NCBI RefSeq assembly: GCF_003918875.1
Contig: NW_025765159.1
Coordinates: forward strand, 1,798,001 to 1,862,000
Direction of reading: 5' to 3'
Origin: Haliotis rubra
Lineage: Eukaryota
Length of the DNA: 64,000 nt
Part shown: positions 22,738 to 37,386 of the stretch, piece after piece
How positions within the stretch are numbered: position 1 is the first letter of the stretch
Layout of the letters: each line of letters begins with the position of its first letter
Made by a program: the position numbers and the translations under genes
Notes under the pieces: model-generated
Told to the model about the DNA's origin: nothing
Databases searched by the model: none
Seen by the model: only the letters and a program-made list of their open reading frames with translations

Positions 22738-25156
22738 AGAGAACGCTGAGGACCGTTATCTTCTTGGAAGAGAGGTGTTTCATGAAAGGAAATTCTTTGT
22801 GGTTGGAGAGAACTTTCATGAAGTTGAACCTGGGTTCCGTGGAAAAAAGGTTTATGAAAGCAAACGTTCATGAAAGTGAATTTTAAAACAGCTAAAACTT
22901 CTATAAAAAGTAACTTTAGAAGGTCTGAGAGAATGATGTGAAAATGACATACATATTTTTCTGACAGGTTTGGATTATAGAGATCGGGAGAATGTTTTGG
23001 TCTGAATAACTTTCAAAGAGAGACAGCTTGCCATAGAGAAGTCGTCCAAGATATGAATTAGGTCAAGGCCGATATTTCTTCCTATATTTTATTGTTGTTA
23101 CGTTTAATAAGTATGTAATTAAACGGGAAGGATTATAATTAGACGTATACGAAGTTCATTTGGAATTGGGACGGATTGGATGTTTCCGACATTTTACGTT
23201 TCTCTGTGGGGAACCTGCGCGCGATAAATGTTATGAAAGTGAAGCTGGAATCTCATTATCGTTATAAACCACGCTGGTGAACAATAGTTGGAGCACTTCC
23301 TCTCAGGTGCAATGTCTGTGTGTAATAGTTCTCGACACGCAATCTATAGTGCTTGGTTGTTATCACATACTCTCTCTGCAATAATATTTGAATCGAACAA
23401 TATTTATCGCTTTTTCTCTTGTGTGCCCAACACGCCGAGGACATATTTTTTAACTGTCATATTATCTAGCATTTATCACAAGCTCTCCTTGTCTGTTCTT
23501 TAGACATTAAGGTACGGACGACACAGAGTTGTGTCCCTTGAGTGTGCCAGAAACATATGATCGTGGGTTCGAATCCTAGCTTATGCTAAATATGTTTGCC
23601 AGTACTATACTTGTCGTTGATGGATGTCGTCGTATCTTACGTAGATCGATGCTCATGAAGTCAATCACTGGATTAGCTGGTCGATACCACAATCATACAG
23701 CTAATATAGGCCAAATGCAGAGAGCGGCGTTAAACGAAAATAAACGTAGTGGTTCTTTAGGCCATCTTTAGTTGTTGAAAATCTTTATAAATAAGTGAGC
23801 GTGTTCGCTGTGAAACAGTCTAAAAACAAAAATTACCACGGACGTTAAATAACAGAATGTGATGCCACAAGTCTGACTCCGGGGCAAAATAAGCGGTCCG
23901 CTTCTCTGCTTGTGGGTTATCGAACGTAAGTAATGGGAAACATACACTCCGGTCTGTACGTGATCATATGGCTGTGAATTCACATCATGCATGTCAACAG
24001 CTGTTGGTTGATTTCACTTATAACACATACGTGTAAGCACGAATGAGTGTGAATAGGTTTTCATATCTTAGTGCAGGTGAATACGTTGATGGACTTCTGG
24101 ATATGATAACCGAGTAGCGCTATGCAAAGCTCTCTAGATATGTATCTGTCTGAAGTATTCATCTTAAATTTACATTGCGACAACTATTAATTAGTCTATG
24201 ATATGTCAAATAGGAATGCTGAAATGGATGATTGCAATTGACACACATTGCGTATCCGTCGCTGTTGCTTAGAATCTGCTTGGGCTTCAAATGTCATAAA
24301 TAATGGCCATTGTGTTGTGTCTTTGATAGAGCGTTGAGTGGCTAATTGTGGCTGTATCACGAGTGCCGCTTGGCTTGAGCGTTGTGGCACAGTTATGGCA
24401 CAACTGTATTCATCCTTAGAATAGATATTTCACCTATAACCATCGCTCACGCTGTCATCATCACATCGTTGTACAGAGTTATGTCCCTTTGATTTTCAGG
24501 ATCCGATTATCGGGGTTTGAATAAAAAATTCTCCCCGATTTTGATTCCTGGTTGTAAATATATATCTCGTAGACCAGGTTAACATTAAGCTGTGCTATTA
24601 ATGAAAGTATGTGTAAAGCGTCGCTGAACCAATCTCACTTACTCCCATTGCTCATGTTATCCGCCTATTTGCTACTTATATGTATAGACGTACAACATGC
24701 TTAATTGTATCAGTTGATTTCCATTAACACTAAATACTCACATATTATACATTTACAATTATAATGAAACTAATTGCCGTGTTCACTAATGTTGATTTGT
24801 ATCAATATCGATAATTCTAATATCACCAAGTCTATGCTCGCTGGATTGTCCGGTCAAGTGGTCATCTGGTGCAGTGTGATGACTTAGGATATTGAAAACT
24901 ACAGAACGGTATTATCTTCTTCACTTAGCTGAAGACATCCTGTGGCAATGAACCCAAAATGGCGTATAAGTAGCCAATTCCATTTCCGAATTGCACCAGA
25001 CCGGGGAAGATGTCACTTGATGACCCTTCTTTACAGTGCAGACTGGTGACGTCGGTGACGTTGTCATAGTAAGATCTTTGTTTTGAAGGTTGACTGACGT
25101 AGCGCTGTACTTGGTACACCTTGGTACATGGTGCATTGCCGTTGTAATTACCACCA

Positions 25157-25332
25157 TAGTCTGTCTCACCGCCCCTGAAGCTTATTAGTGCCCATTCTGC
25201 AATACTAAAGCCTAACCTGAAACAAGTATAGATTTCAGGAATATCCCTTCTCTCTGGAGCTCCTGTTCAATATAAAACGAACAGTTTGTTTCTATCATTA
25301 TTATATGTATTTTGAGACTAAGCGTTAGTCTA
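25157..25332 (-). mobile_element. TAGACTA-family MITE
   Basis: TAGTCTGTCTCA...GAGACTAAGCGTTAGTCTA with imperfect TSD TTAC(C)ACCA. Confidence 0.75.
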
Positions 25333-26899
25333 TTACACCATAGTGTGCTGCTTTTGATCGATACATATCCAGCTTAATTTGGATTATTGATCGAACACTG
25401 GAACCATGGCCTTCTGCTGACTACTGGTTTTGGAACCAAAGAAAATTACTGGAATTAAGCATCTGTACAAAAGGTGAAAGACGGAATGAGATCAAAACCA
25501 GCATGATGTATTCTTAGGTCTGTGTGATCACGAGGAGAAAGGTTGGAGTTTTGTAAGAGTCAGGTTTAATTGGTATAGCGGTGTACACCTTCTGAATGTA
25601 CTTGTTTCAATGAGAGAGGACGCGAATTTTAATGATGATCCAGCTGATTATATTTGGTTTTCAAAGGAGACCCTGTGACCTTTTTCATGATTCATATCTT
25701 TAACGTTGATCTGATTTTTATTGATCCAATATGTAATATTCTATTTTGCCTTCTTGCACCAAGTGGAATATGTTTCCGCAGATAATCGAAAGTGTCTTTT
25801 TCTTGCTTTGACGATTGATAGGCAGCATACCAAGTCGTATTGTGTATGTCACCAGTAACGTTAGCTTAGTTTTACGTTTCAGTATCTTGTGTCACCCTCC
25901 CTAATTCCCCCGGGGCTGACTTGAAATTGCCCATACCTTGGAGATAAAGATCCGATCAGGCTCAGGTTTACAATTTCGCTATCTCTGGGATATACACGTT
26001 AATTCAGCTCATAATAGAATTTAAACTGACCTGATACCTTGAATTCAATATAACTTGCACGGTGTCTAACGATTACATTCTCCATCAGACTGAAAGTTAA
26101 CATGTCTAATAGAATTTAAATTGCTTAATTTCAGTTTCTTCCAAGTTCATTATTTTTCATGTTCTTTTTTTATCGTCCAGATCAGTGATAGATCTGTTTG
26201 TTGCCTTAGAAATGTCTGGATCGTGATTAGGGCGGAGTTATCTCCCACTCAAGCTCACCGGCACGACATAACCGGAATACTGTTTTTAGCGGCTATTATC
26301 TAGACTCACACCAGATACTTCCTCCTGATCATTGATGCATCTGAAAATATCCATCACTGACATTCGATTATTGAATGATTTCCAGAAAAGTAATGACAGA
26401 CTTTCAAACGTTGTATACGTGATTTGCAAATCAACATCATGTTTTCTTTGATGATGTCTGTACCCAAAATAACATCGCTATATTTATCATAACGTCGTCG
26501 GCGAGGCTTCCTGCAGACCACGCCGGTGTTCACGTCACTCTCGGCGCCTCTTTGTTGTCTGTTCCGGAAGATTTCATTATCGGAGACGATGTGCACATTG
26601 GCACCTGTGGTCAGAGGGATTGCTTCTCAGTTGCCGAGATTGAACTCGCCACTGGTCAGTCGGTCTTCTTCAGAATTCATCTCGTTAAGCTCAACAGTGC
26701 AGTATAACAGAAACTAATCTCACTGAACTGTCCTTTGCTGCCTGTTAAAGGTCGTAATGGGCTGTTAGGTTGAAATCAGTCCTTCTTCAATGCGTTTGGA
26801 TTTCTGGGTCTGGTGTCTTCTGTCTTGGTTAGCGCTAAATTGAATCAACGGTAGATTGGAACTAATCCTGTTGAATAAATGAGATTCTCAAACTCAATT

Positions 26900-27150
26900 A
26901 AGTCTTATATATTTGTCTTCGTTCACGCTGGTTAGAAGCAGGCCAAAACGTCGTATGATTATTTTGCATTAGCAGAAAACGATTTTCGTTGAATCGAAAG
27001 GCTTATTCAGGTCAAGGTCGGGGGCAATGGTGCATCCAGTTTTCAGAAACTATAAATGTTAACAGGGAATGCTAACGATATCAAAGTCACCTATTAACCG
27101 AATTCGAACTAAGGTTGTCCAAGGTTCTCCACAAAGGCCTTCTGAAATGT
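26900..27150 (-). pseudogene. Possible highly decayed LINE reverse-transcriptase remnant
   Basis: A minus-strand frame reads TIAPDLDLNKPFDST (compare FLDLSKAFDSV), followed by a broken AK*SYDV. Many stop codons. Confidence 0.3.
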
Positions 27151-28943
27151 TATTTGTCTGTGTGTCTATGCCGACGGCTGTAATGGACCTCGCTCCCCCG
27201 TGATGGCTTGGCAATACAGCGTGATATACCAGTTATAAACCAAGAACGATCAAAGCTAAACGTTAATTATGTCGGCGGTCGAAACCCCAAATGTCCGTAA
27301 TGATATCCACAAGTGGACAGTCACAGACGGAAGTGGACGGCGAAATGTCAAGCTGATTCTCCAAGTGCTTACGTGATAGAAGCCTATATCACAGCTTGCT
27401 CGCAATCTCGGACTCCAACCTGACAAGCACGTGTATATTTGCCAACCCAAAGTGTGCTGAAGAAAATCATTACTGGTCATTAGTCCCGAGTCTACTGGCT
27501 CCTGCTGTCCCACCGTCGACGCCTGACCTTTACAGCCACTGGTCAGCTTCGACCGGACTATAAACCGGCGAAACTCAATGCGATGGTGCCACGATCTGAT
27601 ATACCTCAAAACGAGGCTGAGCACTTGAGGGACCCGGATATCGGTGTATATATCACATAATCACCGGATGTCAATCAAATCTCGCCCCAACAGCTTCTTC
27701 TTTGATCTCGGCATAATTCGCATTTAATGTTGATTTGTAATTTCAACAATTTTTTCGCTTGCTTTTGATTGATCGGGTGTATTTTAATGTCAAGTGTCTT
27801 CTTCTTTCCGTTTTATTTGTCTGTCGTGTTAATTCACAATTTTGCATTTAACATAGTCGTCTGCGCTTAATAAATTACGGAAATTCGTGTTTCGTCAACT
27901 CACATTTAAACATATTTGTGGAACTTGGCGCGTACGTCTCCAGTAAGTCGAGAAGCTTGAACAATTCCATTTGTTAGCGTTCCCAGGGTGAGAAATTAGT
28001 GTCCTGCGCATTTCTTTATTGCTAAATTGATGACGTGCAGTCAGTATATGTTGATTAATGTCCACGTCTTCCGTGTTAACTGTTGGTCTTAGTTGTAGAG
28101 ACATTTCAACTTGACCTTGACCTTTCCTCACGCCAGCGACTTGACCTTGACCTTTACTCACGCCGGCGTAGACAATGTTCATTGGTCGCACGAACACCGG
28201 GTGTCATCATATCAGGTTTACAGTTATTATTACGACTTGTTACCACAGGTTCCAGTGAAAAATGGTGCTTCCATTATATTTCGGTTTACTTCTTGGGGAT
28301 GACAATCTGTAACGTATTGACGTTTTATTTAAAGTTCTATATTTACCAATGCAACAACATTTACTGTAACTACTAATAGCCCCAAACCTGAATTGTTAAG
28401 AAGTATTTGTTGTCAGTGTCCCCATTACTCAAATTTCAAATAACTCAATGAAATAATTCTGGTTGATTGTCAAATAACGTCGTCCATCTCTCAGAGGTCA
28501 AAATTCCACATGTGAGCTATTCAGATTTGAAAACCTGAAAGCGGAGAGATTAATAACATTAAAACATTACCATCTGACTCCCTGTTTCAGTCTTATTACT
28601 ATTGTGGACAAAGCCCCAGCAATGGTTAAGGAGGGTTTTAACGTGGCGAAAGGTATGATGGGTAAATGGGTTGGAGACGGTGTTGCTGCCGCGGTTGGTG
28701 TTGAACTGGTGAATGGAGGAGGGTGTGGTGTGTGTGTGTGTGTGTTGACTGGTTGATGAGCTAAGTCAAGGCGTGCAAATTGTTGGGTACTGTAGCAGCT
28801 ATGGTTGAAACAATGGTAGGTGTCGTGGCATGTCCTTCCGAGTTGATAAAGTAGCAGTTGATAGAGTAGCACTTGATAAAGTCAATTTGTGCCCTGTTGT
28901 TTCTGGATGGTTAATTTTGTCGGATCCTGACACAAGCCAAGAA

Positions 28944-29109
28944 AGTGAGTGAGTGAGTTAGTTTTACGCCGCTTTTAGCAATATTTCAGCATTAATAAGG
29001 CGGGGGACACCAGAAATGGGCTTCACACACTGTGTCCATGTGGGGAATTGACCCCGGGTCTTCGGCGTGACGAGCGAACGCCTTAACCACTAGGCTACCC
29101 CACCGCCCC
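28944..29109 (-). mobile_element. SINE-A
   Basis: Reverse complement of the consensus. Confidence 0.9.
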
Positions 29110-29757
29110 GAGTAAAGAAAGACCATGCAAACAAATCATGGCTTTTCCACAACCCCACTGCTTCCAAGAACGACAGTTTGCAAATAAAGCCCCGTATGAA
29201 GTCGACCAAGTCCCTTAAACTATGCCACCGCCATCACACACATGAGTCAAATAGGTTATAATACGATAGATCATTAAATTCCTGGCATCATATCCAATTT
29301 ATTTGTGTAGGTTTTTTCTATATCCAAAACTCACTGATATCTCTCACATGTGAGCACACAAGTGCTCAGATAGCTTTGATTGATGAGTGTGTTTTATGTG
29401 GAAAAGAAATTCGCTCGGTCAATTGATATCAAGAATTGACTTACTCGAAACCTCTCCGAAATTCCCACAATCAGATATGTGTACGCAAATACAGATTGGC
29501 CACTGATATGAATGGGGCAGTGGAATATGGAAGGTCTGCCAACCACTTAATCGTGACGAGCGAAAAAACCCATTTGCATTAAAGGCGGCCTCCTCTTCCC
29601 TCTCCCATCGTGGAAGATCGAGCCCCTAGTTCTTATGCTTGTCGTGAATAGCCGTCTTAAACGAGAATTGTTTAGTTCCAATATTAATCTCACTGGCTGT
29701 ATACAATCACAACACGATATTGACATGCTTTCAACTTCTAGGCCCATACTTCGATAT

Positions 29758-30002
29758 AGATCCGGGTTAGAATTGGTCTTCAGTAACCCATGCTTGTCGT
29801 AAGAGGCGACTAACGGGATCGGGCGGTCAGGCTCGCTGACTTGGTTGACACATGTCATCGTATCCAAATTGCGTATATCGATGTTCATGCTGTTGATCAC
29901 TGGATTGACTGGTCCAGACTCGATTATTTACAGACCGCCGTCATATAGCTGGAATACTGCTGAGTGCGGCGTAAAATAAAACTAACTCACTCACGCACTC
30001 AC
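29758..30002 (+). mobile_element. SINE-B, near consensus
   Basis: AGATCCGGGTTAGAATTGGTCTTCAGTAACCCATGCTTGTCGTAAGAGGCGACTAACGGG... Confidence 0.9.
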
Positions 30003-30411
30003 TTAGATACAGATCGCTGGTGTACGTGAATGTCAGAATGCAGCGTAAAACTATTCAGTTCCTAACTGTTCCCCCAGTTGTGATATCTTACATATTCAGC
30101 CGACCGTTAGGCATTGTGTATTGAGTGTATTGAATGGTGATCAGGGCTTTGAAAACGTTATGCTCTGGAACCAGATCAACGTACATCCCCATAGTATACA
30201 AGATACTTATAAAATTTGGATCCCGTTAATACGGAAAAGCAGTGTAACGGATAGGCGGCTCTGAATTCATTGCTGAATACGTGAAATTCAAAACTCCTCA
30301 ATAATGGTAATTACGAACGGAAACAGATCGCCGGAATATCGACGTTTCGTTTTTTTACGGAAAATATTCTGTCACAAACGTCAGTGGTCACTGTGGTGAC
30401 ATAACACTGTA

Positions 30412-31590
30412 TTGATTCATTCATTCATTTATTTCAGTAATAAGGCCTCAGGCCCACGTACATAATATATGCAAATATTTACAATTGGTGCTGCATTTCC
30501 TAAATTTTAAAGATATGACGATCGTAGACTGACAGCGTCTTTCACAAAATTTGCCAGGTTTTTTAACAATAAAACATCAGAGGACTGTAGCATTCTTACA
30601 AGATTCTCTCTGTGACTGCTAGTGTCCACGTGTAAGTAAGGAAAATATTTAAGACGTATATCATGATAAACAGGACAAACAAAATTAAAATGAATTTCAT
30701 TTTCAGTAGCATTTAAACTACATAGTGGGCAAAAACGGATGTTTTGTCCATACCCTGCCTCCTTCGTGTATTTTGCATTATATCGAGTTCGCCGATTCTG
30801 AACAAGGTAAGCATGCGTGCGTATTCTTTACGTAAACTGCTTAGGTATAGCTCGGGAAAGAGGGACACTTTGAACTCTGCATAAAAATTTAGTTTGGAAC
30901 AGTTTGACACCTCAGAATACCATGTTTGTGTATAACAATCTTTAACCCTAAGGGTAAATTCATTTATAAATCAACCCACATCACCAACACCTTGACATTG
31001 CCAAACTATTCCAAAACCTAGAGAATACAATAGATGCTTAATATGAGTAACCCAAGTTTCCCTACCAACTGCATCTAAACCTACTAACATACTATAACAC
31101 TGTTTGGGGTACCTGTTTTGAGACATATTAAGAAGTTTGAACCAGTATCTTATACATCTGACATATGTATCTACGTAAATACCATAACGGCCACATTCGC
31201 CCAATACAGCCAACACCCAAAACAAATTTACAAAATTTAGCTTGAAAGCCTTCAAGGAACAACCACTGGTGGACATCCCAAATCTCTAAACCATACAGAA
31301 TTATTGGTTTGATTTGTGAATCAAACATTTTAAACAGAACCTTTGGAGAAATATTACGAAGTTTATAACTTAGTTGACGAATGGAAACCACAGCTTTAGT
31401 AGCTTTCTTGACTAATGTTTGTACAGCTTTGGACCAACACAATCTATTTGAAATAATGATACCGAGATAACAATAGTAGGTTGATATCTTGATTGGGACA
31501 TCGCCCAGTTTCCATTTTTCATATTTCCTTAATTTGCCACCATTTCGAAAAACCAATATTTCAGTATTGATTCCAAAGATACGATTACCC
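30412..31590 (-). mobile_element. 5'-truncated, frameshifted non-LTR retrotransposon (RTEX-like ORF2 C-terminus)
   Basis: Minus-strand ORF pieces read TEILVF..YCYLGII..FDSQIKPIILYGLEIW..FCKFVLGV..AVLGECGR..WVTHIKHLL..LTLFRIG, then a C-terminal Cys/His motif (ENEIHFNFVCPVYHDIR). The 3' end has a short GGGCC..GGCC stem, AATAAA and a (TGAA)n tail. Confidence 0.85.
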
Positions 31591-32297
31591 AACGCATGCA
31601 GAACATTGACAGAGTCCTACTTGAGACCCAAACCAGGACTTGGTTCCTGATCCACTATCGATGAACTGCGCTGAAGGTGATACAGTATCTCGAACTGGGG
31701 TTTTCTCTGCCCTTGGGGTGCGCAGTCAATATTGATGCTCGCTACACATTGAAGAAAGTACCCCGTCATCCAGTTTGCTTGAATAGACCATTTTTACAGC
31801 TCCCTCTTGTGCGCTTGAATATTTCTGAAGGCGACAAACGATTTTGGCTCAGTTAATCTTCAGGGAATCTGAAGGTCTGTGCCGAAGCCATCGCCTTTGT
31901 ACTTGGACGCGCTAGACGTACCACCATTGCTGAATATTCAGATGGAATAGTGAACAGGCCGATGAGGGAAATCGTCCTCCAAATATAAAGGTCATGGCTT
32001 ATTAGTAGACGTTTTTATTTCCCCAACAGGATCACGTGTAAGTTCGCCTGCTTTCTTTCTTTCAGTTGATCAGCGAAGCATGTCATGTCGGCCATTTTGA
32101 TTTTCTGAATGTGAAAAAAGAAACGAATTCTGATTTTCACCAACTGATTTATGAGTTCGGTCGTTCTGGAGGGCTTATCCAAGCAGTTGTTTTCATTCTG
32201 TAATGTGTGCCTCAAAATGAAATCTGATTTAAGTAGATATATATATATATCTATATACCCGTGATGATCAAGTTTGGAATTGGCCTTCATTAAACAA

Positions 32298-32650
32298 GCG
32301 GGATCGGGTGGTCAGCATCGCTGATTGGTTGATTCATGTACCCGTGATGACCCGGGTAAGGATTGGTCTTCAGTAACCCATGCTTGTCGTAAGAGGCGAC
32401 TAACGGGATCGGGTGGTCAGGCTCGCTGACTTGGCTGACACATGTCATCGTATCCCAGTTGTGTACATCGATGATGTTGATCTAAGCATTGTCTGGTCCA
32501 GCCTCGATTATTAACAGACCGCCGCCATATACCTGGAGTACTGCTGAATGCGGCGTTAAACAACAACCAACTAACCAACTAACCAACCAACCATGATTCA
32601 GATACTCGTATCCCAATCACGGATGATGATGCTTATAATGTTGACCACTG
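32298..32650 (+). mobile_element. SINE-B (32340-32592) nested inside an older SINE-B fragment
   Basis: Host halves at 32298-32339 and about 32600-32650. TGATTCA direct repeats; (AACC)n tail. Confidence 0.8.
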
Positions 32651-33827
32651 GAACCAGCCTACATTCAAATTGTGAAATGTTTTCATTGGAGGGTCGACGC
32701 AGCCTTCGATGCACTGCTCCATATCGAAAACAGACGGTGCGTGGGACCTTGGGAATTCTTGTGGCTTCCAGTTTACTTGTCAGTGAACACGTATTGTGTC
32801 AGCGTTTTGGCTGAGTACAACTCGTCTTACCTGTTTCATGGATGAGTGAAATGTATCTTTCTTAAGTGTATCTTTCGACATTCAGGGAAGAAGGTTGAAT
32901 GTGTCTAATTCTCAGTAGGACTTAACCTTATGACGCCTCGCCGAGAGTAAAAGTGCTTTGATCACAACGACGCGCGTGTCTGTCTCGTGCAGGTTAGTAT
33001 GACGTGGCTGGCTCGGATTGGCTGAGATATGGGTTCGTTACTGATATGCTGTATTTAGATTTGTTTACATTTCATTGACGGAATGCATATTTCGTTTTCC
33101 GGAGGATATGAGCTTTTGGAGAAATGTTTTAAGATAAAGTTATATTTGTCGTGAGGTTGCGGAAACTTCAGAAAATATATCTCTTCTTTCTTATTAGGAC
33201 TAGTTCTCAATGTCAATGGCAGTTCTATAACGGTATTTCAAAGGTAATGAAGTGTAGTTCTCTAAGTCATCTAAAACACGGAACATGAATCAACTACAGT
33301 GTGTTATGATTACACAATGCCATTTAGAAAGTGGTCAAATGTAACAAAGTGTAGTCCCAAATATAACATATGTTATAGTGTGTTACACCTGGTGCTCAGT
33401 TGGGCAGAGTTGCTGTGCAGAGGTACGTCCCTTGCCAACACAAGGATCTGCAGATCACGGATTCTAATCATGCTTTAGCGCTGAGGCTCATTCCGTCAGC
33501 ATCAACAAATAGTCGCACTCACTAGCACCCGGTGTCACAGGTGTCTGCCCAATAGAATCCGTTTTGGCAGATATTCGATATCGATTATTCAATACCCTTG
33601 ACATTTCAACTTTACTTCGACCTTCGTTAATTTCAGCTGTCACCCAACACTTAGGTGACACCCCATAATAATACTGAAATAGACATCGGACGGAATTCAC
33701 TCCTTTATATAAAAAGCACGAGTCTGTCTTCGAAGCCTGAAACCAGTTTCAGATCTGGTTAAAAATAGTGCACTGCAAAATAGACTGTAGAGTGGCATTT
33801 AGTCCCAGTTGTCTGTATATCCAATGG

Positions 33828-34067
33828 CAGGGTGGAAATAACCCATTGCCCGACGCCCGAGTCCAGTGTTTTTTTCTGTCGGGCAAGCAAATTTGTATAT
33901 CACACTGTACCGGTGTCCAGTTGATATTCCAATGTTAATTATGTTGTTTGTTTTAAAAAATCAACAAGAAAATGGCCGGTATAGCGGAAAAATTATCAGG
34001 GCAAGTGAATTTACATGTGCCACTGTACCGGAGTACACTAGCAATTTTAAAGTTATTTCCACCCCTG
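33828..34067. mobile_element. hAT-like MITE
   Basis: TIRs CAGGGTGGAAATAAC / GTTATTTCCACCCCTG with 5-bp flanking duplication AATGG. Confidence 0.8.
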
Positions 34068-35116
34068 AATGGGGCCAAAAACAATGCGTAATTTCAGATT
34101 TGAGGTGATCTAGACTTGCTAAATTATTCTAGACTTAGGCTGGATTAGTTTCTAAATATGTTCTATAGGATATGGGGGACAGACTAACGAAGCTTGTATG
34201 ACGGACCCCAGTTTACAGTAAATGAATGGTTTTTATAGTACATTTCGACAATTGGAAACCGCAGTCCCTCATTTTCAAAGGTCAACTATAGTCCATACTT
34301 CCAACATAAACCGGTTGCTTTGATTCTCAGACGCTAATCTAAGATGCCAATCTTAGATCTCAGCAGTCAAAGATATCCAAATACCGGAACACCATATCCT
34401 CTCCTCAGAGGGGGTGGATACAGGTAATTAAGGGGTGGGTGTAAACCCTGCACCCCCCTCCGATCCCTCATGATCTCCCCTCCTCCGTCCTTTTATCCCC
34501 CATCCCCTGACCAAGGAGTTATACACCAGCCTGGTTCTCGGGGTCTGCTGCGCTAACGCTGACACTGAATGTCGAAGCGTTAGCGCAACAGACCGCTGAA
34601 ACCAGGATGGGAGTTGCATTCCCTGGTTATTGTGCAGCGATAATACACGTGGCTGGTCGCCAGAAGATTGTACATTAATCAAGAATTATAATTACCGAAT
34701 GAGATGAGACTGGCGCCACACAGCGTTTAGCTTGGCTGAAACCTGTTTTAGACACATTTGTTCAGCCTGGGAGGGTTGGGAACTACGAATCTGAGAAAAC
34801 CATGAGGCATCTCTCGATGCATATCGTTTTGTCAACTTTGTATGATCAAATGGCAGTTTGGGTAACCTTTAATCGTATGGCAATCTCTGAAAAGATCGCC
34901 TGAAAACGCCATGACATTTCCATTTAATCGTTACATGAAGAAGCCTTAGCACTTGGGCTGACGTGGACCCGTTTGTCAGTTTGTATTACATAGGTGAGGA
35001 GAGTTCCATGATGTTAGTTCTGCGTTCAGAATCGGTGTCAAAGTATATGAGTAGCATAATTCCTGTGCCATGACTTCAGCCTTACGCCGAACGTATAGTT
35101 ACGCAGAACACTTGGA

Positions 35117-35393
35117 TAACCGGAAGTATGCGATGTAGGTCACGGTGTACAACAAACTGATGTAACCGGAAGTAAGCGATGTAGGTCACGGTGTACAACG
35201 GTCCGATGTAACCGGAAGTAAGCGATGTAGGTCACGGTGTACAACGGTCCGATGTAACCGGAAGTAAGCGATGTAGGTCACGGTGTACAACAATCTGATG
35301 TAACCGGAAGTAAGCGATGTAGGTCACGGTGTACAACAATCTGATGTAACCGGAAGTAAGCGATGTAGGTCACGGTGTACAACAATCTGATGT
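35117..35393. repeat. 46-bp minisatellite, 6 copies
   Basis: TAACCGGAAGTAAGCGATGTAGGTCACGGTGTACAACAATCTGATG. Confidence 0.95.
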
Positions 35394-35470
35394 TATAAGC
35401 GTTTACTACTAAATAGTATTCATTTACGTTCATACGTCCTCTTTGCTTTTAGGGATTCCCTAGGTCGTTT

Positions 35471-35705
35471 TCCCGTGAAGATCCGGTTAGAAGAGATCTT
35501 CAGTAATTCATGCTTGTTGTAAGAGGCGACGAGCGGGATTGGGTGGTCAGGCGCGCTTGCTTGGTTGATGCACGTCAACTTATCCAAATTGCGTAGATCC
35601 ATGCTTACATGTATTCGGACCGACTCGATTACCTACAGACCGTCGCCATTGTTGGAATATTGCCGAGTGCGTCGTTACACAACAAACAAACAAACAAACC
35701 AACAA
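35471..35705 (+). mobile_element. SINE-B
   Basis: Starts TCCCGTGAAGATCC. Confidence 0.85.
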
Positions 35706-36352
35706 AGGTTGCTCGGTGTTTCCGGAATTGGAAATCGTTCGAAATCGATCCGTTTTCCTGTCTCGTCAAATACCATGGTTTCCGCTGTTGTTCATTGCGC
35801 AACTGATTCATGTTAATTAATTTCTTCAGTAAGTATCAGCTGATGTTGTACAACACGCGCAACCATCCTATCAAACGCTTAGCACGTAGCGTTGCACTGC
35901 GTGGATCTATCGACAGCACTTCAGGTACGCATCGATCCGTTTTTGCAGAATATGTCAGATGAAATATATATGAGCTAACGGCTCTCCGCAAACTGTCAAG
36001 TTTCCAGACTGTGCGAACCATTTCTATTATATTTCCATTCGCTGGATGAAAAATGTAGCTCTTCTAATTCACGGTATTGAAATGGATATAGTAGGTCACC
36101 GTATAGCCGTGGAAAATTGACATGCAGTAAATCAGTGTATGTCTTCGCATCATTCGGCAGCGTACCCAGCAGTTAATACCAGTTCAAACAGGCACAACAA
36201 GCTCCGATTAACGTTATTGATCGCCAGTTCATCAACATACCCATACCATTACGCACGCTTCAGTGAATATCTGAATATTGTTTGACGCCGCAGTTATAGT
36301 CTAAAACACCCACCTTGAATTTAGTCAGGAGAACCTGTGAGTGATGACGTGA

Positions 36353-36513
36353 GTGATTGAGTATGGTTTTACGCCGCTTTTAGCAATATTCCAGCAATAT
36401 GATGGCGGGGACACCAGAAATGGGCTTCACACATTGTACCCATGTGGGGAATCGAACCCGGGTCTTCGGCGTGATGGGCAAACGCTTTAACCACTAGGCT
36501 ACCCCACCGCCCC
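36353..36513 (-). mobile_element. SINE-A with TSD
   Basis: TSD GAGTGATGACGT. Confidence 0.9.
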
Positions 36514-37350
36514 GAGTGATGACGTTTACAACGATCTAATTACGATGACCGGATCATCCATTTTGACCAGCCGATCTACTCTGAAGTCAGCTCTTCCGGA
36601 AACATGAAGGATTTGGGCCAATCCCAACTATGAATCCCCATTGGGGATTTTACATAGAGCAGATGGCGTTCAGATGTAGATGTACGTGCGTGGCATTTCC
36701 AGCATTTCCTGAAAACGTCAGACGCTATTATAGCCTGTGTTAGTTCAGTACTGACGGAAAGACTGACACGGCAGACGGTACTAGACAAAGGATTGATCTA
36801 ATTGTTGGTAAATTGGTTAAACCAAACACTAGTCATTGACAACCTGTCATTATGAATAACTTCCTTGAAGAAGGTTGTCACGGATTTTCCATTCTACATT
36901 TATCCGGCATTTGTTGCAAACTGAGTGATATTACGAGCAGCGTGTCCGTCCGCCCGTAGCCGTTTCCGGTTTCCGAAGCAGAAGTCCTAAACTTCTAAAT
37001 ATTTCGCATTGCAACTCGCTGTACAGATTAATCTAGTGGTGAAGAGGTGCCTTTTGATTATTTGGGAAAATGAATTTATTTTTTGTTTTCATGACAATTT
37101 TACGAGTGTAGTGCTCGTGTAGTACTCGTTAAATCTGTTTGGATGAAACTTGGTGTACAGATCACTCTAGAGCTGAACTGGTGTCATTTGATGATTTGGG
37201 ATATTGACAAATACTGAACGGGATTATTTTTATTGATTGAATGAACTGCACCCACTGATCCAAAAGCGGAGTTTAAGTAGCCAAACGCAGTTTCCGAATT
37301 GCACCAGACCAGTAGTGTGTGGGGCGTTGGGTGGTGTGTGTGTGTTTGTG

Positions 37351-37386
<36 letters not shown>

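Noticed and set aside
31620-31990. Possible LINE ORF1 remnant next to the RTEX-like fragment
   Set aside because: Only a faint motif (KYKGDGFG) with many stops, which is not sufficient.
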